Below are positions 22,265 through 33,310 of a stretch of DNA of 64,000 nt, piece by piece. The stretch covers positions 1,728,001 through 1,792,000 of the forward strand of contig OZ244744.1 of the NCBI GenBank assembly GCA_965219455.1, given 5' to 3'. The DNA is from Candidatus Latescibacterota bacterium. Lineage in GTDB: Bacteria; Latescibacterota; UBA2968; GCA-2709665. The notes below the pieces were generated by a model, which was not told the origin of the DNA, ran no database searches, and worked only from the letters and a program-made list of their open reading frames with translations. The translations under genes were made by a program, and so were the position numbers. How positions within the stretch are numbered: position 1 is the first letter of the stretch; the number at the start of each line of letters is the position of its first letter.

Positions 22265-23760
22265 TAGATACCGCCACCCTCGACTATGATTTCGACGAAG
22301 AAACGCTTGGCTTCGAAGAACCGCCCGCGCAGCCCGCGCCGCCGGCATCCTGGTCTGAAAGGCTCTCCATTTCCGCCGTTGCCCTCGGCTTCCTTGCCCT
22401 CATCGTCACCCTGCTCGGTCCCCTTTCCGGCACATGGACCGGCCTGCTGCTCAGCTTCGGCCTTATCGTGCTCGGATCGGCTGCGTTTTTCTGGTCCACC
22501 TACAGGAACACCGTTCCCGGCATCAAACACGATGGCATCATGTTCGGCAGCGCGACCCATCTGGGTCTCATCGGGTGGGGTCTGGGCACTGCGATCACAG
22601 GGTTTTACGTCGTGCTCTACTGGTGGCCCGAATACCTGGATCGCGGTGTTCGGCTCGTCGAACCTCTATCCCAGGCGCTCGCCGGCGTCCCGGCGGACCG
22701 ATGGTTCTTCTACGGCTTTCTGTACACGCTCGCCATCCTCGTGTTCGGCGTTCGCATGTTCATGAAGTACCGCCATAACCGCTACCAGATCATCCGCACC
22801 GCCTCCGTCATGTTTTTCCAACTCGGGTTCGCCTTTCTCATTCCGCAGCTGCTCAAGAGCTTTAACCAGCCCGAGTTCTATTTCACCTATTTCTGGCCGC
22901 TCAAGTACGACTACCTTTTCCCCTCCACCGTGGGCAGTCTGACCAGCCATCCGGGCGCCCTTGGCGTCTTTATGGTCTTTTGGGGCGCCGTGGCCACCTT
23001 TATAGCCACGCCGGTGCTCACCTACTTTTACGGAAAACGCTGGTACTGCTCATGGGTATGCGGTTGCGGCGGCCTCGCAGAGACCATGGGCGATCCCTTT
23101 CGCCAGCTGTCCAGCAAGTCAACCCAATCCTGGAGGATCGAAAGAGGCATCGTCTACTCGGTCCTCGTCTTCGTTACTGTCACCACGGCCGCGCTCTGGA
23201 TCAATTCCGCCACGGAAGGCCGCGTTTTCGGCCGCCTGTCCGGGCCGCTTGCCAGCGCGTACGGTTTCTACATCGGCGCCCTGTTTTCCGGCGTCATCGG
23301 CGTGGGTTTCTATCCTCTGATGGGAAGCCGCGTCTGGTGCCGTTTCGGCTGCCCCATGGCCGCAATTCTGGGCATCTTCCAGCGTTTCTTCTCCCGCTTC
23401 CGAATCACCACCAACGGCGGCCAGTGCATGTCCTGCGGCAACTGCTCCACATACTGCGAAATGGGCATCGACGTCCGGGCGTACGCCCAGCGCGGCGAAA
23501 ACATCGTACGGGCTTCGTGCGTGGGATGCGGCATCTGCTCCGCCGTCTGCCCGCGCGGCGTGCTCAAACTGGAAAACGGTTCCACGCACGCCGACCGGTA
23601 TCCAGGCGCCGATCGGCCCCTGGCGGCCTTCCAGGAAGCGTTGAGCGCGGCAAAAGTCTACGAGGGGAAAAACGGGTCGGCTGCTGCGCCTGAACCCGTC
23701 GATCCTTCCCTCCACAGCCAGCGCAGGCCGCTCAAATCGCAATTCAGGCGGCGTCTATAA
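22261..23760 (+). CDS. Polytopic membrane 4Fe-4S binding protein (NapH/FixG-like, dicluster)
   Basis: YCSWVCGCG, WCRFGCP, CMSCGNCSTYC, CVGCGICSAVCP; ATGA overlap with upstream gene. Confidence 0.88.
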   Translation: MIDTATLDYDFDEETLGFEEPPAQPAPPASWSERLSISAVALGFLALIVTLLGPLSGTWTGLLLSFGLIVLGSAAFFWSTYRNTVPGIKHDGIMFGSATHLGLIGWGLGTAITGFYVVLYWWPEYLDRGVRLVEPLSQALAGVPADRWFFYGFLYTLAILVFGVRMFMKYRHNRYQIIRTASVMFFQLGFAFLIPQLLKSFNQPEFYFTYFWPLKYDYLFPSTVGSLTSHPGALGVFMVFWGAVATFIATPVLTYFYGKRWYCSWVCGCGGLAETMGDPFRQLSSKSTQSWRIERGIVYSVLVFVTVTTAALWINSATEGRVFGRLSGPLASAYGFYIGALFSGVIGVGFYPLMGSRVWCRFGCPMAAILGIFQRFFSRFRITTNGGQCMSCGNCSTYCEMGIDVRAYAQRGENIVRASCVGCGICSAVCPRGVLKLENGSTHADRYPGADRPLAAFQEALSAAKVYEGKNGSAAAPEPVDPSLHSQRRPLKSQFRRRL

Positions 23761-25972
23761 TGGTATTGAAGGTCTGGCTGGGACGCATTGCCCGGGCCGT
23801 CAGGACCGGATCGGGCACATAATAGCCGCCGAGATCAACGGGCGCACCTTGAGCGGCCAATACTTCGGCAGTAATCCTGTCCTCGTTGTGCTCGAGTTTT
23901 TTCGCAACGTCCCCGAACCGCGCTTTCAGTTCCGAGTCACTGTCCTGCGCCGCCAGGGCCTGCGCCCAGTACATCGCGAGATAGAAGGTGCTGCCCCGGT
24001 TGTCGATCTCGTTCACCGTGCGAGAGGGCGACCGTGAGTTCTCCAGGTATCTCGTGATGGCCTGATCCAGCGTATCGGCGAATAGCGCGGCCTTTGTATT
24101 CCCGGTGTTTTCCACAATCAGGCGAAACGAGGGCACGAGGGCGCAGTATTCCCCCAGCGAGTCCCACCTCAAGTGCCCCTCGTCCAGGAACTGCCGGACG
24201 TGCTTGGGCGCCGATCCGCCCGCCCCGGTCTCGAACAGCCCGCCGCCGTTCATCAATCTCACGATAGACAGCATCCTCGCGCTGGTTCCGAGTTCCAGAA
24301 TAGGGAAGAGATCCGTCAGATAGTCACGAAGTACGTTGCCCGTCGCCGCAATCGTATCTTCTCCCCTGCGGATCCGTTCCAGCGAAAACCGCATCGCGTC
24401 CTGAGGCCTCATCACGCGGACGTCCAGACCCGAAGTGTCATGCTCGGGCAGATAGGCATTCAGTTTCCTGATGATTTCCGCATCGTGCGCCCTGCGTTGG
24501 TCCAACCAGAACACCACCGGCGTGGCGGAGGCTTTCGCTCGTTTCACGGCCAGGCCGACCCAGTCTCGAATCGCGGCGTCCTTCGTCTGGCACATTCGGA
24601 AGATATCGCCGACTTCGACCGCTTGGTCGAGCATCACGTTACCGGACAGGTCGACAACGCGAATCTCTCCTTCGGCAGGTGCTTCAAACGTCTTGTCGTG
24701 CGACCCGTACTCCTCGGCCTTCTGCGCCATAAGACCCACGTTGGACACGCTGCCCATTGTGGCCGGATCGAACTGCCCCCGCGCTTTCGCGTCTTCGAGA
24801 ATCTCCTTATACATGGTCGCATAACATCGGTCGGGCACCATGGCGATCGTATCCTTCGGTTCTCCGTCCCGATTCCACATCTTGCCGCCGTCGCGGACCA
24901 CGTTCGGCATTGAAGCATCGATAATGACGTCGTTGGGCATATGCAGGTTGGTGATACCGCGATCGGAATCGACCATGGCCAGTCCCGGACGACTGACGTA
25001 AACCGATGTAAAATCGGCCTCGATCTCGGCCTTTTTGTCCGCGGGCAGGCGGTCGAGCCGGCCCAGCACATCGGCCAGGCCGTAGTTCACGTCGGCCCCG
25101 ACCGCTTCCAGCGTATCGGCATGTTTGTCCAGCGCCTCCTGGAAATACACCGACACACAGTGGCCGAACATAATGGGATCGGAGACTTTCATCATCGTGG
25201 ATTTGAGATGCAGTGACAGCAGCGCCCCTTCCCGCTTTGCAGCGTCTATCTGCTCCGCATAGAATCGCCGGAGGGCTCTCACGTTCATCACCGCGGTGTC
25301 GACCACCTCGCAGGCTTCCAGCGATATCCCGTCTTTGAGCAGGGTTACCTGGCCGTCGTCAGCCACGAACTCGATCCGCACACTGTTCGCCGCGCTCACT
25401 GTTCTCGATTTCTCGCTCTCGAAAAAATCCCTTCCGGTCATGTGGGCGACCCGGGCCCTGGATCCGGACTCCGGCCATGGCCGCATCATTTTATGGGGAT
25501 GTTTCCGGAAGAATTCCTTGACCGACGCCGCGGCGCGCCGGTCCGAGTTTCCCTCCCTCAGAACCGGATTGACCGCGGAGCCGAGCACCACCGCGAATCG
25601 GGCCTGCAGCGCGCGCTCGGCGTCGTTCCGGGGTTCGTCAGGATAGTCGGAAATGTCGTAGTCCCTGTCCTGCAACTCCTTAATTGCCGCCTTCAGTTGC
25701 GGGACCGTCGCGCTGATATTGGGGAGTTTGAGAATATTGGCCTCGGGTTTCCGGGTCAGGGCGCCGAGTTCACTCAGACAATCGGGAATACGCTGCGCTT
25801 CGGTCAGGTTTTCCGGGAAGTTGGCAATGATCCTGCCGGCAAGCGAGATGTCGCTGAGTTCGACTTCGATGCCGGATCCCCGGGTGTACGACTGAACAAT
25901 CGGCAGTAACGCACAGGTGGCAAGCGCGGGCGCTTCGTCGATCTTCGTCCAGGTGATTTTTGCTGTTGCCAT
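23744..25972 (-). CDS. icd: NADP-dependent isocitrate dehydrogenase, monomeric type
   Basis: [47 protein letters not shown]; 742 aa. Confidence 0.95.
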   Translation of the reverse strand: MATAKITWTKIDEAPALATCALLPIVQSYTRGSGIEVELSDISLAGRIIANFPENLTEAQRIPDCLSELGALTRKPEANILKLPNISATVPQLKAAIKELQDRDYDISDYPDEPRNDAERALQARFAVVLGSAVNPVLREGNSDRRAAASVKEFFRKHPHKMMRPWPESGSRARVAHMTGRDFFESEKSRTVSAANSVRIEFVADDGQVTLLKDGISLEACEVVDTAVMNVRALRRFYAEQIDAAKREGALLSLHLKSTMMKVSDPIMFGHCVSVYFQEALDKHADTLEAVGADVNYGLADVLGRLDRLPADKKAEIEADFTSVYVSRPGLAMVDSDRGITNLHMPNDVIIDASMPNVVRDGGKMWNRDGEPKDTIAMVPDRCYATMYKEILEDAKARGQFDPATMGSVSNVGLMAQKAEEYGSHDKTFEAPAEGEIRVVDLSGNVMLDQAVEVGDIFRMCQTKDAAIRDWVGLAVKRAKASATPVVFWLDQRRAHDAEIIRKLNAYLPEHDTSGLDVRVMRPQDAMRFSLERIRRGEDTIAATGNVLRDYLTDLFPILELGTSARMLSIVRLMNGGGLFETGAGGSAPKHVRQFLDEGHLRWDSLGEYCALVPSFRLIVENTGNTKAALFADTLDQAITRYLENSRSPSRTVNEIDNRGSTFYLAMYWAQALAAQDSDSELKARFGDVAKKLEHNEDRITAEVLAAQGAPVDLGGYYVPDPVLTARAMRPSQTFNTIIDAA

Positions 25973-26030
25973 TTACGGTCCTTTCCTTCACATGTGGAAT
26001 CAACGGGCGTGAGACGCGTCTCGGCCCAAC

Positions 26031-29000
26031 TTACGCGCCGACGCGCAGAAATCGCATACCGGAATTCTCCCGCCCGAATACCAATACGTCCTTTTCACCG
26101 TCCGGCCGGTGAACCGCCAGGCGTTCGCCGTCCCAACCGCAAGCGGGCGATTCGGTCTCATGGCGTTCCGGCCAGATAACGGCGAGCAACTCGATCTCCC
26201 GTTCCGCCGCCGTGGTTGCGTGAAGCGCCCGCTCCGTGAGTCGGGTCATCACGCAGTCCGGCGAGGGCACGCGGTGTGTCGTAACCGCCGATCCGGCAAA
26301 CGCCATTGACAGTCGCGTCTTCTTGCCACGGATCTCGCACCGCCCGGCATCGCTGTGTATTTCCCCGGCCGTTTGCGCCATAAACGTCACCCGGACCGGG
26401 CGGTCAGCCCTTACTTCGTCCACGACAACCAGGTACCGTCCGTCCACCATGATGATATGCCGCCGGACCCGGCTGACGCCCTCTCCGAACGAACGGTCCG
26501 CCTCCGCCGCGATGGCGAGATGCCGGGACGCCTCCTCCCAATACAGGAACGTGCCCGTACCCGGCCCCTGCGGCTTGCCGTTTACCAGCGTGGTGCTGTA
26601 TCCCTCCGGCGGCGTACTGTAGTCGTGGCTTCGCCGGATCAGCGGTTCTCCTCCCGCCACCACCTGGATCGCGTTCAGATCCCGGCTCGAATGCCCGAAA
26701 CCGGGAGCGGCGTACCCGCTCTTGAATGACACGTACAGCGCCGGGTCCGGCCAACCCGAGGCGAGCGCGGCCCAACGGATCTCCTCGTAGACCTGCAGGC
26801 GCTTTAACCCCGTCATTTCCGATCCCAACGCCGCGGGTGCGGGCCTGTCGCCCACCGCGGTACGCGGCGCGGGGGGCAGATAGGGAATCCCGGGAGAACG
26901 CCACATGACCGTATTCCAATCCGAACGCCTGTTTTCACCTCCACCGCCGTACGCATCCGCATATAGGGAGAAAACGGGCTCGTTATACCGGCGCGCCAGC
27001 AGATGAAGAAAAGGGGCCGCTCCTTCATTCATGCCGTCGTTGAACCCGGCCGGCACGCCCCGAGGCGTAAAGTAAATGGGGAAATATCCCGTGTTCCGCA
27101 TGCCGGCCAGTGAAAAAACCCCGTCGTCCGCACCCGTTGCGGACTCCATCGCCGCACCGTGCAATATCACCCCGCGCAGGAACACCGCCCAGTAGTTTAT
27201 GGATTCCGGCCAGGACCCGTCAGGCGGGAACGCACGCATCGGCGTTCCGATGTCTTCCCTGGCAATCCTGAGGACGGCTTCCGCGTCCAGCGCCTCATCC
27301 CTGAGGCAAAGCGCCAGCGCGGTCGCCACGCTATCCGAAATTGGCGTCAGATTTGCAATCCTCCCCTTCCAATAGGCCTGATTGTTCTCCATGGCCCACA
27401 GGTACACCAGCAACCCGTTCTCTACCAATCGATCGCTCAGCACCCGCCGCTCGTCCGGCGTGAACAGGCCCCCAAGCCAGTCCATCGCCAGTGCGCAATA
27501 CATCGCCTTCCACATCAGGTCGGGGTCCGCCCCGTATACCCTCGGGTCTCCCCAGAGCACGTGTTCCACGAGCACCCGGACCATCTTATTGGCAAGCAAC
27601 CCGTACCGGACATCTCCCTCGATCAGATAAACGAGAGCCGCAGCCATCATCTGGTGAGGGTCCCGCTGAAAGAGCGTATCTTCCGCGTGGCCCTGCATCA
27701 GCAGCTCTTCGCCGGCCAGCAGGTCGTCGATCCCGATCTCACGGACCTCCGTCCCCTCGGGTGAGAGGCTGCGTTCCAGAATCGTACCCCGTTCAAGCAC
27801 CTCATCCACCCCGGCCTTCATCGCCAGATAATGCGGTTTCAGACCCCCTTCCTTCGCCTCCACCCGCAGCCGTACGACGTCTTCGTGGCCCAACATCACA
27901 AAGGGCTGAGGCCTCGCACCCATTACGTTACACGGGCATTCCAGATGGCCTGCCGCGTTCAACCCCGCCGGGGTCAGACGCAATACGTAACGCCCCCTGG
28001 GCACTTCTCCGATACCCACGTCAAAGGCCACGTCGTCCGAATCCGCCAGGACCCGGCCCCTGTCCAGGGCCTCGCCCGCGTCATTCACCAGCGACGCCTG
28101 CCACTGTGTGCCCGCAAGGCCTTCCCCTGACATCCGAAACCGGCCCGTGCCGCGCTGATTGTTGCCCAGACACAACGGATCCAGGCGGACACGCCGGGAT
28201 GGGTTAAACTCACACCGCTCATCCGCCAGCATCGCCCCGGTCTCAGGATCGGATACCGAAACCGTGAGACGGTACGGATACAGAAAACCCCTGAACGCAC
28301 CGAACGTATAATCCAGCAGCATCCTCATCTCTCCGGCGCCCTGAACCCTGTCTACAAATACCGTCTCCCTGCCATACGGATCCGCAAGCACGACGCGTAC
28401 ATCAAGCGTATCGGGCAGTGTCGGCGCGGGCCTTAGATTCAAATCCAACGCCTTTTGCGTCGGGCCCACGTCGCGCAGCCTCAAGTCCCCGATTGTCAGC
28501 CGAGGGCTCAGCACCAGGCGGCCCAGCCGGTCGGCCCGTAGCGGATCACTAGCGGTTGGATACCGCATCATCCGGCTCAACGTGCTGACTTCCAGCCCCG
28601 GCTGGATGCGCGTGAGACCGTTGACCACAAACCCGCCGGATAGCATCGCGGGCGGCGGCGTGTCCGTCCAATTCACGAACCGCGCGACGTTGAGAGGAAG
28701 CTGCAGCCCGGGTCGCGGCCGTACGCCGAACATCGCCCACGGTACCGTCAGGCGCGCCGACCAACCGTTCCCTGGCGGCTCGACGTCAAACGTCGCCCGC
28801 CCCGCTCCTTCCGGCAACATGGCCGTCCCATCCGACATACACTCGAACTGGAGAAGGTTGTCTCCCCCCGGGGCCACCATCACGACAATACGATCTTCCC
28901 CGTCGGTCTGCCCTTCGCATGCGGCCGAGACCACCAGCGCCTCCTCGGTCCAACACGCAAAAACCCGTGTACGTCCCATGGGTTGATTAAGAAGCGGCCT

Positions 29001-29189
29001 GACGGGATCCATCATATTTCGCGTGCCCCGACGCTTTGCGTACTCGAATCCGGTCAGCTTGGAGCTGTGACGGCTATCCCAGATATGCTTCGCGATCTCC
29101 ATCCGGGCAAGTTCGCCCAGCGCCGTGGGTTCACGCCCCACGGGCCATTCGTCTTTCCGTTCCAGTTCGATTTCCATTTCGCGAGTCAA
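26031..29189 (-). CDS. Large protein with CBM9/DOMON-like N-terminus and heparinase II/III-like (alpha/alpha toroid + beta) C-terminus
   Basis: WSARLTVPW...LPLNVARF; DGSWPESINYW, FNDG, GHSSRDLN, STTLVNG. Confidence 0.65.
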   Translation of the reverse strand: MTREMEIELERKDEWPVGREPTALGELARMEIAKHIWDSRHSSKLTGFEYAKRRGTRNMMDPVRPLLNQPMGRTRVFACWTEEALVVSAACEGQTDGEDRIVVMVAPGGDNLLQFECMSDGTAMLPEGAGRATFDVEPPGNGWSARLTVPWAMFGVRPRPGLQLPLNVARFVNWTDTPPPAMLSGGFVVNGLTRIQPGLEVSTLSRMMRYPTASDPLRADRLGRLVLSPRLTIGDLRLRDVGPTQKALDLNLRPAPTLPDTLDVRVVLADPYGRETVFVDRVQGAGEMRMLLDYTFGAFRGFLYPYRLTVSVSDPETGAMLADERCEFNPSRRVRLDPLCLGNNQRGTGRFRMSGEGLAGTQWQASLVNDAGEALDRGRVLADSDDVAFDVGIGEVPRGRYVLRLTPAGLNAAGHLECPCNVMGARPQPFVMLGHEDVVRLRVEAKEGGLKPHYLAMKAGVDEVLERGTILERSLSPEGTEVREIGIDDLLAGEELLMQGHAEDTLFQRDPHQMMAAALVYLIEGDVRYGLLANKMVRVLVEHVLWGDPRVYGADPDLMWKAMYCALAMDWLGGLFTPDERRVLSDRLVENGLLVYLWAMENNQAYWKGRIANLTPISDSVATALALCLRDEALDAEAVLRIAREDIGTPMRAFPPDGSWPESINYWAVFLRGVILHGAAMESATGADDGVFSLAGMRNTGYFPIYFTPRGVPAGFNDGMNEGAAPFLHLLARRYNEPVFSLYADAYGGGGENRRSDWNTVMWRSPGIPYLPPAPRTAVGDRPAPAALGSEMTGLKRLQVYEEIRWAALASGWPDPALYVSFKSGYAAPGFGHSSRDLNAIQVVAGGEPLIRRSHDYSTPPEGYSTTLVNGKPQGPGTGTFLYWEEASRHLAIAAEADRSFGEGVSRVRRHIIMVDGRYLVVVDEVRADRPVRVTFMAQTAGEIHSDAGRCEIRGKKTRLSMAFAGSAVTTHRVPSPDCVMTRLTERALHATTAAEREIELLAVIWPERHETESPACGWDGERLAVHRPDGEKDVLVFGRENSGMRFLRVGA

Positions 29190-29309
29190 TTTGTAGTCCT
29201 CTTACCACGCCGGTCCACGTATTAGCGAGAGCAGTAATAGGGATCATAGTCCCATCGCCAGCCATCAGGCTGCCGAAACGTGGTCATTGCGTGCGTTATT
29301 TGCGCTGCG

Positions 29310-29508
29310 TGTGCTGAGCCTGTCGAAACGACTTTGTCGAAGCGTGGTCATTGAGCTTGTCGAAATGCCCGCGTTTCGATTCCCTTCGACCGTCTCTGGG
29401 CACTGGCTCACATTGCATTGTTTAGCGCCATTCCACAGCCCTTCGCCGACCCTTCGACCCTTCGACAGGCTCAGGGACCGCAAGCTCAGGGAGCGACTCA
29501 GGGCAGGG
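29310..29508. repeat. Cluster of CTTCGACAGGCTCAG / CTGAGCCTGTCGAA palindromic repeat units
   Basis: ctgagcctgtcgaa and ttgagcttgtcgaa followed by inverted cccttcgac.. units, cttcgacaggctcaggga and aagctcaggga. Confidence 0.7.
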
Positions 29509-29998
29509 CTGTCAGAATTCCGTTCACCGCTTGCTTCTTTCGTTGTTTACTGCCTGTGTTCAACCAGTCGATCTTCGCGCGTGTCGGGCACCCCTTCTTC
29601 GCGATCTTCGGGATAGCGTCATACATCCGGATTCAATTAAGCGAAATCCGATTCAATACAAAAACGAATCGTTGATATAGATTATATTCCAAAAAGGAAT
29701 AGATTGTAACTGCCTGGATGGGCTTGCCGAAACACGCGGTCTCGATGCGTCGTTTACGGTGAGCTTCTCGAAACGGCCTATCTAAGTGCCAGCGTTTCGC
29801 CACCCTTCGGCGGGCTTGTGGGCCACAGGTTCATAGTGGACCGTCCAGGCTTTCCATAAGGGAATTATAACCCATAGTAACATTTAGGACGATGGTTTTG
29901 TCCGGGGGGTGAGGTCGGAATGCAGGTATATTGGTGACAGAGGTTATTAAGGATGATTAGAATCGTGGGAGGTAGAGAAAGGGCGCGGAGGCTGGAGA

Positions 29999-30189
29999 CT
30001 CGCGGACGTCTCGGGACTGGTGTTCCCTTCGGCGCGGAGCCGCACGGGTTCCGGTCGAGCTACCGGGATTGGGCGGCGGAGCGCTCGGACGCGCCGCGGG
30101 AGGTGTGCGAGCTGGCGCTGGCGCACGTGAACACGAACAGCATCGAGGCTGCCTACCGGCACACCGACATGTTCGAGCGGCGGCGTGCA
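29999..30189 (+). pseudogene. Remnant of P4-like tyrosine integrase C-terminus
   Basis: LADVSGLVFPSAR in one frame joined to PHGFRSSYRDWAAE...ELALAH...EAAYRHTDMFERRR in another; no N-terminal domains. Confidence 0.82.
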
Positions 30190-30504
30190 TATGACACGCT
30201 TGGCCCAAGACTACAGGACGCTCGCCGCGACATTGCGCGGGCGCTGGGTGTGATGCACCCGCGTGGGCGTCCGCGCGGACCCGAGAGGAACTATGGTCCG
30301 AGCCGCTGAAATTTCTCGGCGGCGCATAGCGTTTGGAACCTACTTGGGATTGCAGCATTCCGAAGGGAGCCGCGGCACGTAGCCCACCGCCAAGTGCACA
30401 CCGAACCGCACACAGACCTGCGACGGGGCGAAAGCATCATCTGGCACTCACGGAACGTGCTCTAACCCGGTAGTCACTTACGCTCCGGCATGATCCGAAT
30501 GTGT

Positions 30505-31599
30505 TCATTTGTTGGATTTTCTGCGATTGCACGGCTTGCACAGCATTTGACAGTTCTGTTCGTTTGTCTTGCCGCCCTCCGACCAAGGGGTGATGTGGTC
30601 GGCCTCCATTTCCGAAATCTCAAACGCCTCCGCGCATGACTTGCAGATGCCGTTTTGCATTTCGAACGCCTTCTGCTTCATGGCATTGGAGAAGGCGCGG
30701 ATATTGAGATGCCTCTCCTCGCCGGTGAGGAGATACGGGTAGATGCCCGCCTTCTTTGTTACATCGTCGTCCAGCATCAGTCGGGCAACTTTGGCCTCAA
30801 GCGCTTCAGGATCCAGGCTCTCGTCCTTGAGTCGTCCGTAAAGCCCGCCCCAATCCACTCCTTTCATTGGCGTGCGGTAGTTCGGGAAAACCGCTTCCAC
30901 CCGGTTGATTACCGACTGGAAGTGACTCCACAAGGCGATTGCGGTCATGTCGTGCTGATGCTCGGCCATGTAGTCCTCAACCGTCTGGCCCTCGTCCTTG
31001 ATCCATTGGATTGCGGTTTCGAGGTACTCCTGGCGTTCCGCCCTCCCATTCACAAACCGGCTGCCGATCGCATAAGCAGGGCAAGCGGCCCCCTTTCGGC
31101 TGAAATACCGCTTTGCGTTGGACACCCAAGGGCCAGCATAGACCGCATTCCGCAGTTCCTGAGCGGTCAGCTTTTCACCTGCGATGTTGATGATCCTGAA
31201 CCAAGCTAGCTTTTCGCTGGCGCTCCCCTCGCAGACATAAACCTGCAATGGGTAATTGAGAATCTGCTCCTGCTCGTCGTCTTGCAGGTTGTGGAAATAC
31301 CTCCCGCCAAGGGAGTAGGCGCTTTTCACGTACTGTGCGGCTGAGATCGTGCGCTGCTGGCCGTCGATAACCTCATACGTTCCGTCTTGGCGCACGGCCC
31401 AATACATCACATTTAGCGGAAAGCCCTTGTTGATCGTCTCGATCACAGCATCGCGCTGCTTGTCCTTATAGACGAACTCGCGCTGAAACGGCGGACGGAT
31501 ATCAAGCTTGCCGCCATAGCCGCGCACCCCACCTTCGCCGTCGTCATGGTAGTCCTCCACAAGGTCGCGGACTGCGATTTTCTTGAGTTCGATTTCCAT
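30505..31599 (-). CDS. DUF262 (GmrS-like) + HNH endonuclease
   Basis: RPPFQREFVY, IDGQQRT, FRIIN..G..L, C-terminal CKSC..EADHITPWSEGG..NCQMLCKPCN. Confidence 0.9.
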   Translation of the reverse strand: MEIELKKIAVRDLVEDYHDDGEGGVRGYGGKLDIRPPFQREFVYKDKQRDAVIETINKGFPLNVMYWAVRQDGTYEVIDGQQRTISAAQYVKSAYSLGGRYFHNLQDDEQEQILNYPLQVYVCEGSASEKLAWFRIINIAGEKLTAQELRNAVYAGPWVSNAKRYFSRKGAACPAYAIGSRFVNGRAERQEYLETAIQWIKDEGQTVEDYMAEHQHDMTAIALWSHFQSVINRVEAVFPNYRTPMKGVDWGGLYGRLKDESLDPEALEAKVARLMLDDDVTKKAGIYPYLLTGEERHLNIRAFSNAMKQKAFEMQNGICKSCAEAFEISEMEADHITPWSEGGKTNEQNCQMLCKPCNRRKSNK

Positions 31600-31608
31600 G
31601 AGCGCACC

Positions 31609-32736
31609 TTAGTCTGGATTGGACCGCCTTTTCCTCTTGATGAAAATCCTTCTGTATAAGGTATACACCACTTCCTCGCCCCTAATAAGATAGTTTCCCT
31701 TGGGCGATCTACCCCTCAAGACGGGATAGCCGCTGGCCTTTTGGCCGGACATGCCAGTTTTCGTCCCATCCGGCCTCATCTCGGCGAAATCGCCGTAATA
31801 CGTGTGACTCTTGAAGCCGTCATCCCACAAAGAGGAAAAGCCCAGTATCTCAAACTGCTCCGGGTTGTGCTTGTCCAGAAACGTGACCGGCACCCCCATC
31901 GCCCCATCCCAATCCATCGGTATTTCGGCAATCTTGTCCACGTTGATCGCATCGTAGTTGTCGTAGGCCGGGTATTCCTCCGGAGAGTAGCGCTTGTAGA
32001 GGATCAATTCCTCGTGACGCTTCTTATGGTCGAGATTGGTGAACCAGGCTGCGTTGCCCAACCGTCCCTTGACAACCCCCTCGACGACTCTATAAGCGCT
32101 CCCCTCCTTTGCGGTCGCCACCAATTCCTGCGCGTAAGCCTCCGGCACATCGAACAGCATATCCTGGCCCTTCGGGGTGACACCAAGCCACATCCTGTTG
32201 TCCTTGATTAGTGGGAAAATCTCCTTGTAGGTGACGGCGTTCTGACTCCCGACGATCAGGAACTTCTTGCCGTACTGCACCAGTTGGGCGACGTATTCGC
32301 GGAACAGCGAAAACGGTGGATTGGTCACCACGACTTCCGCCTGCTTCAGGAGCTCTATGCATTCCGCGCTGCGGAAATCGCCGTCCCCTATAAACTCACG
32401 GATTCCGATATCCCCGACGTCGGGCACCCTGCCGCCCTTCGCGTTTCCCTTGTATTCGAGCCATATCGCCCGCTCCGAATCGTGACGACTGAACAGATCG
32501 CGCTCTTGGTTCTTGTAGCCGGCGGTAATGAGTCGCTTCAGACCCAGGCGCTCGAAGTTGTACGAGAAGTAGTGGAAGAAGCTGGAGACGCGGGGATCGT
32601 CGCAATTGCAGTACACGACCTTGCCCTGGAAATGTCCGGTGTAGTGGCGCAGCTCGTTCTCGATGTCGGAAAGCTGCGTGTAGAACTCGTCGTTCTTTTG
32701 CCGCTTGGCTTTTCGCAAGTTTTCATTCAGAGACAT
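31609..32736 (-). CDS. Adenine-specific DNA methyltransferase, EcoRI family
   Basis: KNDEFYTQL, VYCNCDDP, GDFRS.EC, VTNPPFSLFREY, MGVPVTFLDK. Confidence 0.9.
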   Translation of the reverse strand: MSLNENLRKAKRQKNDEFYTQLSDIENELRHYTGHFQGKVVYCNCDDPRVSSFFHYFSYNFERLGLKRLITAGYKNQERDLFSRHDSERAIWLEYKGNAKGGRVPDVGDIGIREFIGDGDFRSAECIELLKQAEVVVTNPPFSLFREYVAQLVQYGKKFLIVGSQNAVTYKEIFPLIKDNRMWLGVTPKGQDMLFDVPEAYAQELVATAKEGSAYRVVEGVVKGRLGNAAWFTNLDHKKRHEELILYKRYSPEEYPAYDNYDAINVDKIAEIPMDWDGAMGVPVTFLDKHNPEQFEILGFSSLWDDGFKSHTYYGDFAEMRPDGTKTGMSGQKASGYPVLRGRSPKGNYLIRGEEVVYTLYRRIFIKRKRRSNPD

Positions 32737-32775
32737 GGGTTTGCTGCCGAATTAAGGTGCTAAGAGGACATTCCA

Positions 32776-33270
32776 TCATTCCCACAGCTTTTTCAAAAAT
32801 TCCTCTGGCGACTCACAGACGTTTTCCGACGCAGGTTCGTTCTGAGCCTCATGAATCATGGCTTGCCATCGAAGGTCCTGGCACATACCGATCATCGCTT
32901 TAACGGATTCTATCAAAGTGCTCAGCGCGTCTACCTTCCTGTTGTCGGTTTCAGGTCCCGCGCTATTGAGAAGCGGGACGAAAGTCTTCAGACACTTTCT
33001 TAACATTTCCTCGAAATTTTCCAAATACTCGACGGACGCATCTATGTCCTCATAGGGCATCAGGTGCTTTAATCTGTCGGGATTCTTAACCGCCTCATTG
33101 TAGATGTTTTGCAGGAACGCGGTATGTCGCTTCGTATCCCTGTTCATTTCACCTGCAATCTTGACAAAGGACATGACGGATTTTTCTCTAAAGTCCCCGC
33201 TAACCCACGGAATATCAACGCTTAACATACCCTGATTGAATGCCATCACGGTTGGCGCAAAATCGGTCAT
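32776..33270 (-). CDS. Hypothetical helical protein (164 aa), paralog of 58710..59201
   Basis: Lower GC, own promoter, shared NP[DE]..K...D...L..RK and Q[DE]..W...I....N...LW motifs. Confidence 0.72.
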   Translation of the reverse strand: MTDFAPTVMAFNQGMLSVDIPWVSGDFREKSVMSFVKIAGEMNRDTKRHTAFLQNIYNEAVKNPDRLKHLMPYEDIDASVEYLENFEEMLRKCLKTFVPLLNSAGPETDNRKVDALSTLIESVKAMIGMCQDLRWQAMIHEAQNEPASENVCESPEEFLKKLWE

Positions 33271-33310
33271 TGCCCTGTTTCCCCCTCAGTTGCCTTTTGC
33301 GCAACTCAAA

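Noticed and set aside
29953-30309. Functional integrase or intact prophage
   Set aside because: Only a deleted C-terminal fragment remains; no att site or phage genes
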